A DNA stretch of 64,000 nt from Candidatus Hydrogenedentota bacterium (GTDB lineage: Bacteria > Hydrogenedentota > Hydrogenedentia > Hydrogenedentales > JAEUWI01). Positions 1 to 9,612 of this stretch are shown piece after piece. A program made the position numbers and the translations under genes. The DNA is taken from positions 81,527 to 145,526 of the forward strand of contig JAXMOL010000014.1 in the NCBI GenBank assembly GCA_034669905.1, written 5' to 3'. The notes under the pieces were generated by a model that saw only the letters and a list, made by a program, of their open reading frames with translations, did no database searches and was not told the origin of the DNA. How positions within the stretch are numbered: the stretch's first letter is position 1; the number at the start of each line of letters is the position of its first letter.

Positions 1-207
1 AAGGGGATATTCTTACCTGCAAGGTAGTCCATCGCGCCGACGCCGGCCAGTCTCTGGGAGGCCTGGTTCAGATTGGTTGCACTTTCGTCAGCCCTGATCC
101 CACCAACATCCAGATTGTTTCCAGCTACATCAAAGAGCGCCTTAATGAGCTCGGTCCGGACTACTCCCCCCTGGGCAGCCATCGCACCGCGAGTGACGTG
201 TAGCCCT

Positions 208-1059
208 ATGCTGCGGTACCTGGTCCTGACAAGCGCCATGCTCTTGCCCCTTTGGACAGCCGGGGCAGAAGTACCTGAGAAAGAGACCCCGGTGGAGCCA
301 AGCCTCGTCTCCTACAAACAGCTGGCCGATGACGAATCGCTGCAGCTCCATGTCTTTACCCCCGATGACCCCGCGCCCAAAGGCGGGCGCACCGCCATCG
401 TGTTCTTCTTTGGTGGCGGATGGATTACCGGAAAACCGGAGCAATTCTATCCCCAGGCCCGTCATCTCGCGAAACGGGGCCTTCTCGCCATTTCCGCCGA
501 ATACCGCGTGAGCAGTCGGCATCACAGCACCGTGCGCGATTCAGTGGCCGACGCCAAGTCCGCCATGCGCTATGTCCGCAGTCACGCCGACGTCTTTGGC
601 ATCAATCCCGATAAGATCATCGCGGCAGGCGGTTCCGCGGGTGGTCACCTGGCCGCCTGCACCGGCATCCTCACCGAATATGACGACGAAAAAGACGATG
701 CCACGGTCAGCCCCCAGCCCAATGCCATGATTCTCTTGAACCCCGTGGTGGATACCACCCCCCTCGGCTATCTGGGACGGCTCCTGCCCCCCAAAGGCGA
801 CAAGACCTTATCCCCCGTGCACCACGTGCGCCCCGGTCTGCCGCCCACCCTCATCTGCCACGGCACGGCCGACATCGTCGTGGGCCATGAAAACGTGGAG
901 CGCTTCCAGAAGGCCATGGAGGACGCCGGTAACCGCTGCGAGCTCCGGTCCTTCAAGGGCGCGGGCCACGGCTTCTTCAACCCCGGCCTCCTCTCCGACA
1001 AGGACTACCACGCCGTGGTCGCCGAGATGGATGCCTTCATCGATTCGCTGAACTGGTAA
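208..1059 (+). CDS. Secreted alpha/beta hydrolase (esterase/lipase, HSL-like)
   Basis: FFGGGW oxyanion motif, GGSAGG nucleophile elbow, HGTAD and GHGFF (catalytic Asp and His). Start moved to ATG 208, which gives a signal peptide; the ORF track starts at 73. Confidence 0.85.
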   Translation: MLRYLVLTSAMLLPLWTAGAEVPEKETPVEPSLVSYKQLADDESLQLHVFTPDDPAPKGGRTAIVFFFGGGWITGKPEQFYPQARHLAKRGLLAISAEYRVSSRHHSTVRDSVADAKSAMRYVRSHADVFGINPDKIIAAGGSAGGHLAACTGILTEYDDEKDDATVSPQPNAMILLNPVVDTTPLGYLGRLLPPKGDKTLSPVHHVRPGLPPTLICHGTADIVVGHENVERFQKAMEDAGNRCELRSFKGAGHGFFNPGLLSDKDYHAVVAEMDAFIDSLNW

Positions 1060-2413
1060 AGGGGTCTTCCGCCCGCTTCAGCCAGACGGCCAATTGCCGC
1101 TGCAGCGTCTCCGTCTGCGTTGCATACGCCCCGTCCCCCAGGAGATTTTTCATCTGATAGGGATCCGCCTGGTTGTCGAACAGACACATGGGTCCCTCCG
1201 GACCTTCCGCATAGGTGTAGCGCGCCGTGCGCACGCCGCGAAAGATGGGGGCCGGATGCGCATTACCCTTGGAGGCATTGTCCTTCGCGATGTGCATGAT
1301 GAACTGGGCGTCCCGTTCCGGTGGTATCTCCCCGTCCATTACCACGCCGCTATAATCCTTGCCCGCACACCCTTCCGGCACCGGAATCCCGGCCAGCCCG
1401 CATAAGGTGGGCACCATATCGATGGCACCGATGAGGGCGTCATGCTGCACGCCCTGGGGCACTTGCCCCGCTCCGTAGATAATCATGGGGATACGCACCG
1501 ACTCTTCATACGGTTGACGCTTGCTTCCCACGGCATGGGACCCGTGCATACTGCCGTGGTCGGAGGTATAAACGATGATGGTATTCTCCGCGGCACCCGC
1601 GCGCGCTACGGCCGCCAGGAGCCGGGCCAATTCATCATCCACCGCGCTGATGTGGGCGTGATAGCCTTCGTAGTGGGGCGATCCGTTCTTGGCAAAGACA
1701 CTCCCTTCTTCCGCCTTGGGAAGGCGATAGTTGGGCCGAAAAGGCAAGGACCCCTCGGGGTAGAGGGCCAACTTCTCGGGCGGGGCATCGGTAAAATTGG
1801 AGTGGGGCGGATTGAGTGACAACATCAGAAAATGGGGCTGCTCCCCTTGGGCACCCATGAACGCCAGGGCCTGGTCGGTCATGAGTGTTGCGTTGTAGCC
1901 CTGGGGCGTCACCCCCTGTTCCCCATCTTTGAAATAGGTGCTCTTGTCATAGTGGGTGTTCGTGCCCGCCCAGATGATGGAATGGTCGAAGCCGAAGGGA
2001 CGTGCATCGTTGCCACTCCCCAGATGCCATTTCCCGATATAGCCCGTGCGATAGCCCGCCGCCTGAAAGGCCTTTCCCACCGTCGGCAATGCCGGGTCCA
2101 GGGGAATGTTATTGTCGATCACGCCCGTCTGAAAGGGCCAGCGGCCCGTCATCACAATCGCGCGGTAGGGCGAACACACGGGGTAGTTACTCACACACTG
2201 GCGAAAGGAAAAGCCCTCAGCCGCCATGCGGTCCATGGTGGGGGTTTTCATCTGAGGCATTTCCGTGTGGCCCATGGACTGATAGCGGTGCTCATCGGAA
2301 AAAACGAAAATGATGTTGGGCTTGTCCACACCGTGGGCCGCCCCGGGCAGTAGCGCAACGATGCTGACGATAATTGCGCCAAGGAAGAGAGATATTTTTC
2401 GATAACACCACAT
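1037..2413 (-). CDS. Formylglycine-dependent sulfatase
   Basis: Signal peptide, KPNIIFVFSDEH, CSPYR (CxPxR), GKWHLG and YTSDHG motifs. The 3' end overlaps the convergent hydrolase gene by 23 bp. Confidence 0.9.
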   Translation of the reverse strand: MWCYRKISLFLGAIIVSIVALLPGAAHGVDKPNIIFVFSDEHRYQSMGHTEMPQMKTPTMDRMAAEGFSFRQCVSNYPVCSPYRAIVMTGRWPFQTGVIDNNIPLDPALPTVGKAFQAAGYRTGYIGKWHLGSGNDARPFGFDHSIIWAGTNTHYDKSTYFKDGEQGVTPQGYNATLMTDQALAFMGAQGEQPHFLMLSLNPPHSNFTDAPPEKLALYPEGSLPFRPNYRLPKAEEGSVFAKNGSPHYEGYHAHISAVDDELARLLAAVARAGAAENTIIVYTSDHGSMHGSHAVGSKRQPYEESVRIPMIIYGAGQVPQGVQHDALIGAIDMVPTLCGLAGIPVPEGCAGKDYSGVVMDGEIPPERDAQFIMHIAKDNASKGNAHPAPIFRGVRTARYTYAEGPEGPMCLFDNQADPYQMKNLLGDGAYATQTETLQRQLAVWLKRAEDPFTSSANR

Positions 2414-2509
2414 GGTCCATTGCTCCTGGAGTTTACGTAGCGTGAATTAGAGGCTACAGTCTACGGTTTACGGGGTTACGCTGCAAACACGGGCGTGCGC
2501 CATTTGGTG

Positions 2510-2629
2510 CTACCACGGAAGACACCGAAATTCACGGAAAAGGATGCCGGGCTGGGTGCGCGCGCTGGCGGTCAGCGTGGTGGCTGGCGCCGCAATGGTT
2601 TCCGTGTACTTCCGTGTCTTCCGTGGTAG
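2510..2629. repeat. 31-bp inverted repeat built from ~9-bp CACGGAAnn units
   Basis: Arm 2510-2540 matches the reverse complement of arm 2599-2629 at 28 of 31 positions. Confidence 0.85.
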
Positions 2630-2636
2630 ATACGGG

Positions 2637-2810
2637 CTCGTTACACCGGTCCTCCGGTGTAACGCACTACCCTTCCGGTCCTCCGGGAGAGGCTCTGCGG
2701 AGTGCCCGGTGGGCCATCACCCCCCCCCAAACAGCGCAACCATTTCACCTGCGGCGAATTGCCGCAGTAGCGGCAAGGCAGGCATTCCCACGGGGGACCG
2801 TGGGAACGAG
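2637..2810. repeat. REP-like inverted pair of hairpins
   Basis: CTCGTTACACCGGTCCTCCGGTGTAACGC (2637-2665) and GCATTCCCACGGGGGACCGTGGGAACGAG (2782-2810) are each palindromic and are inverted homologues of each other. Confidence 0.75.
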
Positions 2811-2953
2811 GGCTGAATGACCCCATTCCACAGGACCCATAAGCCCCATACGTCCCTTAAATACATACAAACGATTCTTGGCAGCAACGCGCTCGATGGG
2901 GCATACTGGAAACCTCGTTTGTCCAATGAAAAATGCGCCAAGGAGACGTAGCC

Positions 2954-5209
2954 ATGAAGTGGTCCCCGAAAATCCTTTCCCTGTTGCTCTGCCTTGCCGC
3001 GTGCCACACGGCCACGGCGGGCCTGCTCATCCATGAGAACCCCCGCTGGGAGCCCATCGTTGACACGGTCTACCTCCAGGCCTTCTCGAAACGCATCCCA
3101 TTTGACCAGCCCCTCAAGGCCGTCGCGGTCTATGACGGCAACGTCTATGCCGGTGGCCCCTCGGGACTCTATCGTGTCGGCGAGACAGACGTGCAACCCG
3201 TGTCAGGCTTCGAGGCCGCACCGGTCGATCTGCTGACCGTGGCCGATGGCAAGCTCTGGGTCCTTGGCGGTGGTGCACTCCAGCGCTACGACGGCGAAAC
3301 CTGGGCCCCCATTGTTCTCGACCATGTCGTCGACCTCTGCGCTGACGGCAAGGCGGTCATCGTGGCCACCAACGCCGCCCTCTACCGCATGGCCGGCACC
3401 ACCCCCGCGCGCCTGACGGAAGACACCCGGTCGCCCATCAAGGGCGTGGCCGCCTACAGTGGCACCTACTACATTCACGATGGCACACGGATCGGCCTCA
3501 TGGAAAACAGCGCCATCACCTTCGACTACCTTTCCGACTGGGGCTCCCTCCAACGGGGCAGCACCATCCGCGATATCCTCGGCCTGGGCAGCCGCCTTAT
3601 CCTGGCGACCGACGAAGGCCTCGCTATCCTCCGGGGCATGACGTGGTATCCCATCCAGGGGGAAGACGGCCTTTGTGTAGAGGACACCACCACCCTCGCG
3701 GTGGGCTTTGACCGTGACCTCTGGATAGGCACCAACCGGGGCGCTATCCGCAACGTGCATGACGAATACCAGTACTTCGGCAAGGGCCGCTGGGTTCCCC
3801 ATGACCAGGTCAACGCCATCGCCTGCGGCGAAAACGTAACCTACATCGCCACCGAAGGCGGCCTGGGCGTGGTGACCTACGAGCCCTTCACCCTCGCCAA
3901 GAAAGCGGCCTACTACGAACGCTGGATGAACGAATGGGGCCAGAAACGCCTCGGCTTCGTCCACTCCCTTAACCTCATTGACGGCGAATGGGTCCGGGAG
4001 GTGAGCGACAACGACGTGGGCTACAGCAGTCACTACATGGCGGCCAAGTGCTTTGAATACGCCGTAACGGGTTCAGAAGCCGCCCGGGCGGAAGCCCTCA
4101 ACATGATGAAATCGGTGAAGTGGAGTGAAGAGATTACCCCCATCGACGGCTTCCCCGCCCGCTCCATCTACAACGTGGGCGAACCCACCCTCAAAGCCAT
4201 GCACGGCTCGGGTGGACTCCCCGCCGAATGGCATGCCACCCCCGATGGCGCCTGGGAGTGGAAAGGCGACACCTCCAGCGACGAGACGGACGCCCATATG
4301 TATGAAACCATGCTCTTCCTCCAGCTTGTCGCCAATGATGAGGAGCGGGTCTGGGCCACGGAGCACCTCCACCGCGTCTTCGGCCATATCGTAGACAACG
4401 GTTTCATGCTGAAAGATGTGGACGGAAAACCCACCCGCTGGGCGCGCTGGGACCCCGACTACCTCCAGACGCCCTATGGCTATTATGCCCGGGGACTCAA
4501 CGGCATGGAGGCCTTCAACTACATGGTGACGGCCCTCCACTTTACAGGCGACAAGAAATTCTTCGACGGAAAACAACAGCTACTCAACTGGAACTATCAG
4601 GCCGATATCCTGCGCCAGAAACTCACCTTTCATCCCGGTTTCTTCACCCACTTCGACGACCGCCTCGCCTTCTACACCTATTACTCCCTCATCCAATATG
4701 AGACGGACCCCGAATTGAAGCGGCTCTGGCTCCGAAGCCTGGAGCGGAGCTGGGAAGTAAAACGCATTCAGGCCGTGCCGTGGTTTAACTTTATCTACGG
4801 CGGACTCACGGGCAACGATTGCGAAACCGATCGCGCCGTATCCCACCTCCGCGACTGGCCCATGGACCTGCGCCGACTGGATTTCACCAATTCTCACCGC
4901 GATGACCTCTTCACGCCGCCGGGCTACCGCATGTATGCCGAACGGCCCAAACCCCTCAGCCCCCGGGAAACGGAAGCCAATCGCTGGGACGGCGACTTCA
5001 TGCGCCTGGACCGTCATCTCGGCGGACGGGTCGTGGCCGAGCCGGGTGGCTGGCTGGATGCCTATTGGATGGGGCGCTACTACGGCATGATTACGCCACC
5101 CCAGACCGATGACCCCGCCCTGACCACCGTGCCCGACCGGGGACTCCACGTGGGTGCCAAGCCCTACGCCGGCCCCCCACGGCCGAAACTGAAACATGAA
5201 ATAGAGTAA
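2954..5209 (+). CDS. Secreted hypothetical protein: N-terminal beta-propeller-like region plus C-terminal helical (possibly alpha/alpha-barrel) domain
   Basis: AGGAG RBS before ATG 2954, signal peptide, LWIGT-type propeller blades, aromatic-rich C-terminal half with a KGDTSSDE motif. Confidence 0.7.
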   Translation: MKWSPKILSLLLCLAACHTATAGLLIHENPRWEPIVDTVYLQAFSKRIPFDQPLKAVAVYDGNVYAGGPSGLYRVGETDVQPVSGFEAAPVDLLTVADGKLWVLGGGALQRYDGETWAPIVLDHVVDLCADGKAVIVATNAALYRMAGTTPARLTEDTRSPIKGVAAYSGTYYIHDGTRIGLMENSAITFDYLSDWGSLQRGSTIRDILGLGSRLILATDEGLAILRGMTWYPIQGEDGLCVEDTTTLAVGFDRDLWIGTNRGAIRNVHDEYQYFGKGRWVPHDQVNAIACGENVTYIATEGGLGVVTYEPFTLAKKAAYYERWMNEWGQKRLGFVHSLNLIDGEWVREVSDNDVGYSSHYMAAKCFEYAVTGSEAARAEALNMMKSVKWSEEITPIDGFPARSIYNVGEPTLKAMHGSGGLPAEWHATPDGAWEWKGDTSSDETDAHMYETMLFLQLVANDEERVWATEHLHRVFGHIVDNGFMLKDVDGKPTRWARWDPDYLQTPYGYYARGLNGMEAFNYMVTALHFTGDKKFFDGKQQLLNWNYQADILRQKLTFHPGFFTHFDDRLAFYTYYSLIQYETDPELKRLWLRSLERSWEVKRIQAVPWFNFIYGGLTGNDCETDRAVSHLRDWPMDLRRLDFTNSHRDDLFTPPGYRMYAERPKPLSPRETEANRWDGDFMRLDRHLGGRVVAEPGGWLDAYWMGRYYGMITPPQTDDPALTTVPDRGLHVGAKPYAGPPRPKLKHEIE

Positions 5210-5244
5210 ATGGGACTGTCATCCAATTCGCGTCTGTTTCCATC

Positions 5245-5344
5245 AAAGGACCTAAAGGACCTAAAGGACCTAAAGGACCTAAAGGACGTAAAAGACCTAA
5301 AAGACGTATGCCCATAAGACCCATATGCCCCATAGGACCCATAT
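5245..5344 (+). repeat. Degenerate 9-bp tandem array
   Basis: AAAGGACCT x4, then AAAGGACGT, AAAAGACCT, AAAAGACGT, drifting into nnnnCCCAT units. Confidence 0.9.
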
Positions 5345-5390
5345 CGCTCATTTAACAGACCCCCTTTTCTGAGATGGAGAAAAGCATCCC

Positions 5391-6773
5391 ATGAAAACGC
5401 TACGTTTAATCGCAACCACCCTGGCCCTCTTCGCCTGCGCCCTGACCCACGCCGCCGAAAAGCCCAACATCGTCGTCATCTTCTGCGACGACCTGGGCTA
5501 TGGCGACCTCGGCGTCTTCGGCCACCCCACCATCCAGACGCCCCATCTCGACCGCATGGCCGCCGAAGGCCAGAAATGGACCAGTTTCTATGCCGCCGCG
5601 TCGGTCTGCACCCCAAGCCGTGCCGGACTCCTCACCGGCCGCCTCCCCGTGCGAAATGGCATGTGCAGCGACCAGCGACGGGTCCTCTTTCCCAACTCCA
5701 CCGGCGGCATCCCGGAGAACGAAATTCTCGTTTCCGAATTGTTGAAGGCCCAGGGCTACCACACCGCCGCCGTCGGAAAGTGGCACCTCGGTCATCGACC
5801 CCAGTTCCTCCCGACCCGCCACGGTTTTGATTCCTATTTCGGTATCCCCTACAGCAACGACATGGACCGGAACCGCGGCGTAGAACACGGCACGGCCTTT
5901 GGCACGCCCGAGAGCCGCTATTTCGATGTGCCTCTCCTCCGCGACGAACAAGAAATCGAGCGACCGGCCGATCAGACGACCATCACCCGGCGTTACACCG
6001 ACGAAGCGGTGCAGTTTATCCAGACCCACAAAGCCGGTCCCTTCTTCCTTTACCTGGCCCACTCCATGCCCCACGTCCCCCTCTTTACTTCCCCCGAATT
6101 CAACGGCAAGAGCCGTCGGGGACGCTATGGCGATGTGATTGAAGAAATCGATCACAGCGTGGGACGTGTGCTGGAGACCCTGCGCACCGAGGGCCTCGAT
6201 AAAAACACGCTGGTCCTCTTCACCTCCGACAATGGCCCCTGGCTCACCTATAAGCAACAGGGCGGCTCGGCGGGACTTCTCCGGGGCGGCAAGGGCGGCA
6301 CCTTCGAAGGCGGTATGCGGGTCCCCACGGTCTTCTGGTGGCCCGGCACCATTGCACCCGGTGTGGTATCCGATATGGGCTCCACGCTGGACCTGCTGGC
6401 CACGGTGGCCACACTGAGTGGTGCCACCCTCCCCACCGACCGCACCCTCGACAGCCTCGACCTCACTCCCGCCCTCCGGGGCACCGGGGCCAGTCCGCGT
6501 GACACCATGTTTTTCTACCGGGGCACCCAGGTCTTCGCCGTGCGGAAGGGCCCTTACAAGGCCCACTTCCAGACCCGGGGCGAATATGGCGGGCCCAAAC
6601 TCGTTCAACACGACCCACCGCTGCTCTACAATCTTGATCACGACCCCAGCGAGCAGTACAACGTGGCCAGCGACAATCCAGAGGTCATAACAGCAATACG
6701 CGTCACCTTCGCTGCCCACAACAAGGCCCTGATTCGCGGCGAAGACCAACTGGTGGGGCGCACCGGGAAGTAA
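5391..6773 (+). CDS. Arylsulfatase A-like sulfatase
   Basis: Signal peptide, KPNIVVIFCDDLGYGD, CTPSRAGLLTGR, GKWHLG and FTSDNG motifs. Confidence 0.92.
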   Translation: MKTLRLIATTLALFACALTHAAEKPNIVVIFCDDLGYGDLGVFGHPTIQTPHLDRMAAEGQKWTSFYAAASVCTPSRAGLLTGRLPVRNGMCSDQRRVLFPNSTGGIPENEILVSELLKAQGYHTAAVGKWHLGHRPQFLPTRHGFDSYFGIPYSNDMDRNRGVEHGTAFGTPESRYFDVPLLRDEQEIERPADQTTITRRYTDEAVQFIQTHKAGPFFLYLAHSMPHVPLFTSPEFNGKSRRGRYGDVIEEIDHSVGRVLETLRTEGLDKNTLVLFTSDNGPWLTYKQQGGSAGLLRGGKGGTFEGGMRVPTVFWWPGTIAPGVVSDMGSTLDLLATVATLSGATLPTDRTLDSLDLTPALRGTGASPRDTMFFYRGTQVFAVRKGPYKAHFQTRGEYGGPKLVQHDPPLLYNLDHDPSEQYNVASDNPEVITAIRVTFAAHNKALIRGEDQLVGRTGK

Positions 6774-6912
6774 ATGATACGTTATTGTTTTTCATTCGTG
6801 TAAATTAGTGTTCATTCGTGGTTCAAGTTCTTCTGTTGCAGTAGCAAGCCATGCCACGCCCCATAGACACCCACCAACACCAGGCCTTCACCCCAAGGGA
6901 ACCGCCCATACC

Positions 6913-8109
6913 ATGCGACGTATTGTTTCACTTGCCGTCCTCTGTCTCTTCGCCGCGACGACCCAAGCCGATCCACTTCACCTTTACCTCACCTACTCGG
7001 ACGCGCCCGAGACCACCATCGACGTCAACATCATCACCGACCGCAAGACGGACCGGGTCCACGTGTTTTATGATGTGGAAAGTCAGAACGGCGCCCAGTC
7101 GGAATATCGCCATGTCGTGGAAGCAAAATACCATCCCTCCCTCATGGAGATCGCCGATCGGCGCGCCCTCTATGTGGCGAAGCTCACGGATTTGAAACCC
7201 GGTGCTACCTACCACTTCGTCGCAGGCGACAAAACCTATGGCTTCAGCGGCGAGCGCAAATTCCACACCCTCCCGGGGGGCGATGCGCCCGTGCGCTTCG
7301 TCAATGGCGGTGACATGGGCATGGACAACCGCGCCATCGGCATCCTCAAGGAAGCCGCCAAACACGACCCCGATTTTGCCGTCATCGGCGGCGACCTGGC
7401 CTATGCCGATGGCATGATTGCCAATGAAGATCTCTGGGACGCGTGGTTCGACAATTGGGACACCTTCATGCGGCGCAGCGACGGCGCCATGATTCCCCTC
7501 ATCACCTGCATCGGTAACCACGAGGTCAACAAATTCGAGACCGACGACCCCAAATTGCGTTCGCCGTGGTATTTGCCCCTCTTCGGACGCCAGGGAGAGA
7601 AGGTCTATTACACCCGGAAGGTGGGCAACAACCTCGCTTTTGTGGTCTTGGACAGTGGCTATCTCAATCCCTTCGACGGAGAACAGGCCGCGTGGCTGGA
7701 GGCCACCCTGAAGGCCCACCAGGACACGCCCCACCGCTTCGCCGTCTATCACATGCCCCTCTACCCCGCCTTCAGCAACTACAACGGCGCCCGACAAACC
7801 CTCGCCCGCAAGACCTGGGGCCCCCTCTTCGACACCTACGGCGTCCGGGTCGCCTTTGAACACGACGACCACGTGGCCAAGCGCTCCAAACCCCTCAAGG
7901 GTGATGCCGTGGCAGAAACCGGCACGGTATACATTGGTGATGGCGCCTTCGGCCGGGAAAGCCGCAATGTCGATCGCGAACTGCGCTGGTACAACGCCAT
8001 GGAAGAAAGCGTCGTTCACTTCTGGCTCGTCGATGTCACCAAGGATTCCGTAAAACTCCAGGCCATCGACCGCAAGAGCCGCATCTTCGATTCCCTCACA
8101 CTTCCGTAG
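6913..8109 (+). CDS. Purple acid phosphatase-like metallophosphoesterase with N-terminal FN3-like domain
   Basis: GGDMG, GGDLAY, GNHE and YH/EHDDH metal motifs; LKPGATYHF (FN3-like). Signal peptide from ATG 6913. Confidence 0.85.
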   Translation: MRRIVSLAVLCLFAATTQADPLHLYLTYSDAPETTIDVNIITDRKTDRVHVFYDVESQNGAQSEYRHVVEAKYHPSLMEIADRRALYVAKLTDLKPGATYHFVAGDKTYGFSGERKFHTLPGGDAPVRFVNGGDMGMDNRAIGILKEAAKHDPDFAVIGGDLAYADGMIANEDLWDAWFDNWDTFMRRSDGAMIPLITCIGNHEVNKFETDDPKLRSPWYLPLFGRQGEKVYYTRKVGNNLAFVVLDSGYLNPFDGEQAAWLEATLKAHQDTPHRFAVYHMPLYPAFSNYNGARQTLARKTWGPLFDTYGVRVAFEHDDHVAKRSKPLKGDAVAETGTVYIGDGAFGRESRNVDRELRWYNAMEESVVHFWLVDVTKDSVKLQAIDRKSRIFDSLTLP

Positions 8110-8247
8110 GGGCGCAGCGGGGACTGCACCGACGTAGCAAACCAAAACCCACCACAGCCTACCCGTGGGCGAACACACCCATAACACCGTACACCAACAA
8201 TCCCGGACGTCGGGGCTGTCCCCCTATTCCCAACTTGCAACCCCTAC
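8106..8247. repeat. GTAG-type REP-like inverted element
   Basis: GTAGGGG...GGGACTGCACCGACG pairs with CGTCGGGGCTGTCCC...CCCCTAC. It starts at the stop codon of the upstream gene. Confidence 0.55.
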
Positions 8248-8313
8248 CGTGCCACCGGTAGTCTCAAGGAAGTCTCACACCAACCACACACCACCCCGCA
8301 AGGAGCACCCACC

Positions 8314-9195
8314 ATGTCCAAACAACACATTGCCGTCATCGGCGGCGGCTTCATGGGGTCGGGCATCGCCCAGTTAGCGGCCACCACCGGCCACACCGTC
8401 ACCCTCGTCGAACGCACGGAAGACGACGTCACCCATGCGCTCCGAAACATTGACTGGTCCCTCAACAAACTCTACAGCAAAGAACTCATTACCCCCAGCC
8501 CCGAATCCGTCATGAAACGTATCACGACGGACACGCGGCTGAGCGCCGCAGGCGACGCCGATCTCGTCTTTGAGGCGGTCCCCGAAATCGTTGAAGTAAA
8601 ACAGGATCTCTTCAAGGCCCTCGACGCCTGCTGTAAGCCCGACGCCTGTTTCGCCTCCAACACCTCCACCATCCCCATTCGCTTCCTCGCCGAAGCCACC
8701 AATCGCCCGGACAAGGTCGTCGGCACCCATTTCTTTTTCCCCGTCCCCATCAACCCCCTGCTGGAACTCATCCCCTCTCCCACGACCAGCGCCACGACCC
8801 TGACCAAGTTCCGCACCATCTGCGACGAATTCGGAAAGTTTATCGTCCACGTAAAAAAAGACGTGCCCGGCTTCATCATGAACCGCGTTTTCGGCGCCAT
8901 GACCTGCGAAGCCATTCGCCTCGTGCAAGATGGGGTCTGCGGTGTGGAAGACGTGGACAAAGGACTCACCACGGGCTACGGCATGATCCAGGGCCCCCTC
9001 GCCAAGGCCGACATGGCCGGACTCGACGTCTGCCTCCTGGCCTTTTCCCACGTCTACGAAATCGACCGCAACGAAGCCCTCCGCCCCCCGGAGCTCCTGG
9101 TCAAGCTGGTGGAAGAAGGACACCACGGCATCAAGACCGGCCGCGGCTTCTACCACTACGACAGCCACGGAAAACCCACGGGCCCCGCGGTGTAG
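8314..9195 (+). CDS. 3-hydroxyacyl-CoA (3-hydroxybutyryl-CoA) dehydrogenase
   Basis: VIGGGFMGSGIA Rossmann motif, EAVPE, ASNTS, GTHFF, PGFIMNR and KTGRGFY motifs; AAGGAG RBS. Confidence 0.92.
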   Translation: MSKQHIAVIGGGFMGSGIAQLAATTGHTVTLVERTEDDVTHALRNIDWSLNKLYSKELITPSPESVMKRITTDTRLSAAGDADLVFEAVPEIVEVKQDLFKALDACCKPDACFASNTSTIPIRFLAEATNRPDKVVGTHFFFPVPINPLLELIPSPTTSATTLTKFRTICDEFGKFIVHVKKDVPGFIMNRVFGAMTCEAIRLVQDGVCGVEDVDKGLTTGYGMIQGPLAKADMAGLDVCLLAFSHVYEIDRNEALRPPELLVKLVEEGHHGIKTGRGFYHYDSHGKPTGPAV

Positions 9196-9267
9196 GAATT
9201 AATCAGAGGATGTCGGGGACCTGATGCTTTGATGTGCCATTGAAGACGTTTTTGCCCGCAATATGGG

Positions 9268-9472
9268 CCGGACTTTCAGCCCTTATTTTAACGATAACCT
9301 TGATTTCCTGGGGCTTCGCCCCAGGCTGGTATGTCGCGCGCCTTTGGCGCTTCGGAAGTCGGCTCGGTTCCAGCCCGAAAAACTTTTGCAGGGCCAACGG
9401 CCCGGAAGCATATCAGCATGGGGCAACGCCCCATGTTTTGGGCGAATAAATCTGTTCAGGGCTGAAGGCCCG
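9268..9472. repeat. Inverted pair of palindromic repeats (CCTGGGGCnnnGCCCCAGGCT family)
   Basis: Unit TTCAGCCCT...CCTGGGGCTTCGCCCCAGGCTGGTATG...TTGGCGC and its inverted copy GGGCCAACGG...CATATCAGCATGGGGCAACGCCCCATG...AGGGCTGAA. Confidence 0.8.
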
Positions 9473-9612
9473 TTGCATTGCCCTTCGCAGAGACACCGAA
9501 ACAGGAGGGCGAAACGCGCTTTCGGTGATGGATACGCGGTACCACGCAAATGGCTACCAATCTGACTAAATCAGACGACTATCGGCCCAAGGCTCACGGG
9601 GCCCCAGACAAA

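Noticed and set aside
1037..1059. 23-bp overlap of convergent genes
   Set aside because: Short tail-to-tail overlaps are common and need no special explanation.
5406..6749. Long antisense ORFs here and opposite most genes (e.g. 15841-17463, 35506-37002, 62418-63941)
   Set aside because: Expected from high-GC codon bias; they have no motifs, while the opposite strand has clear family signatures.
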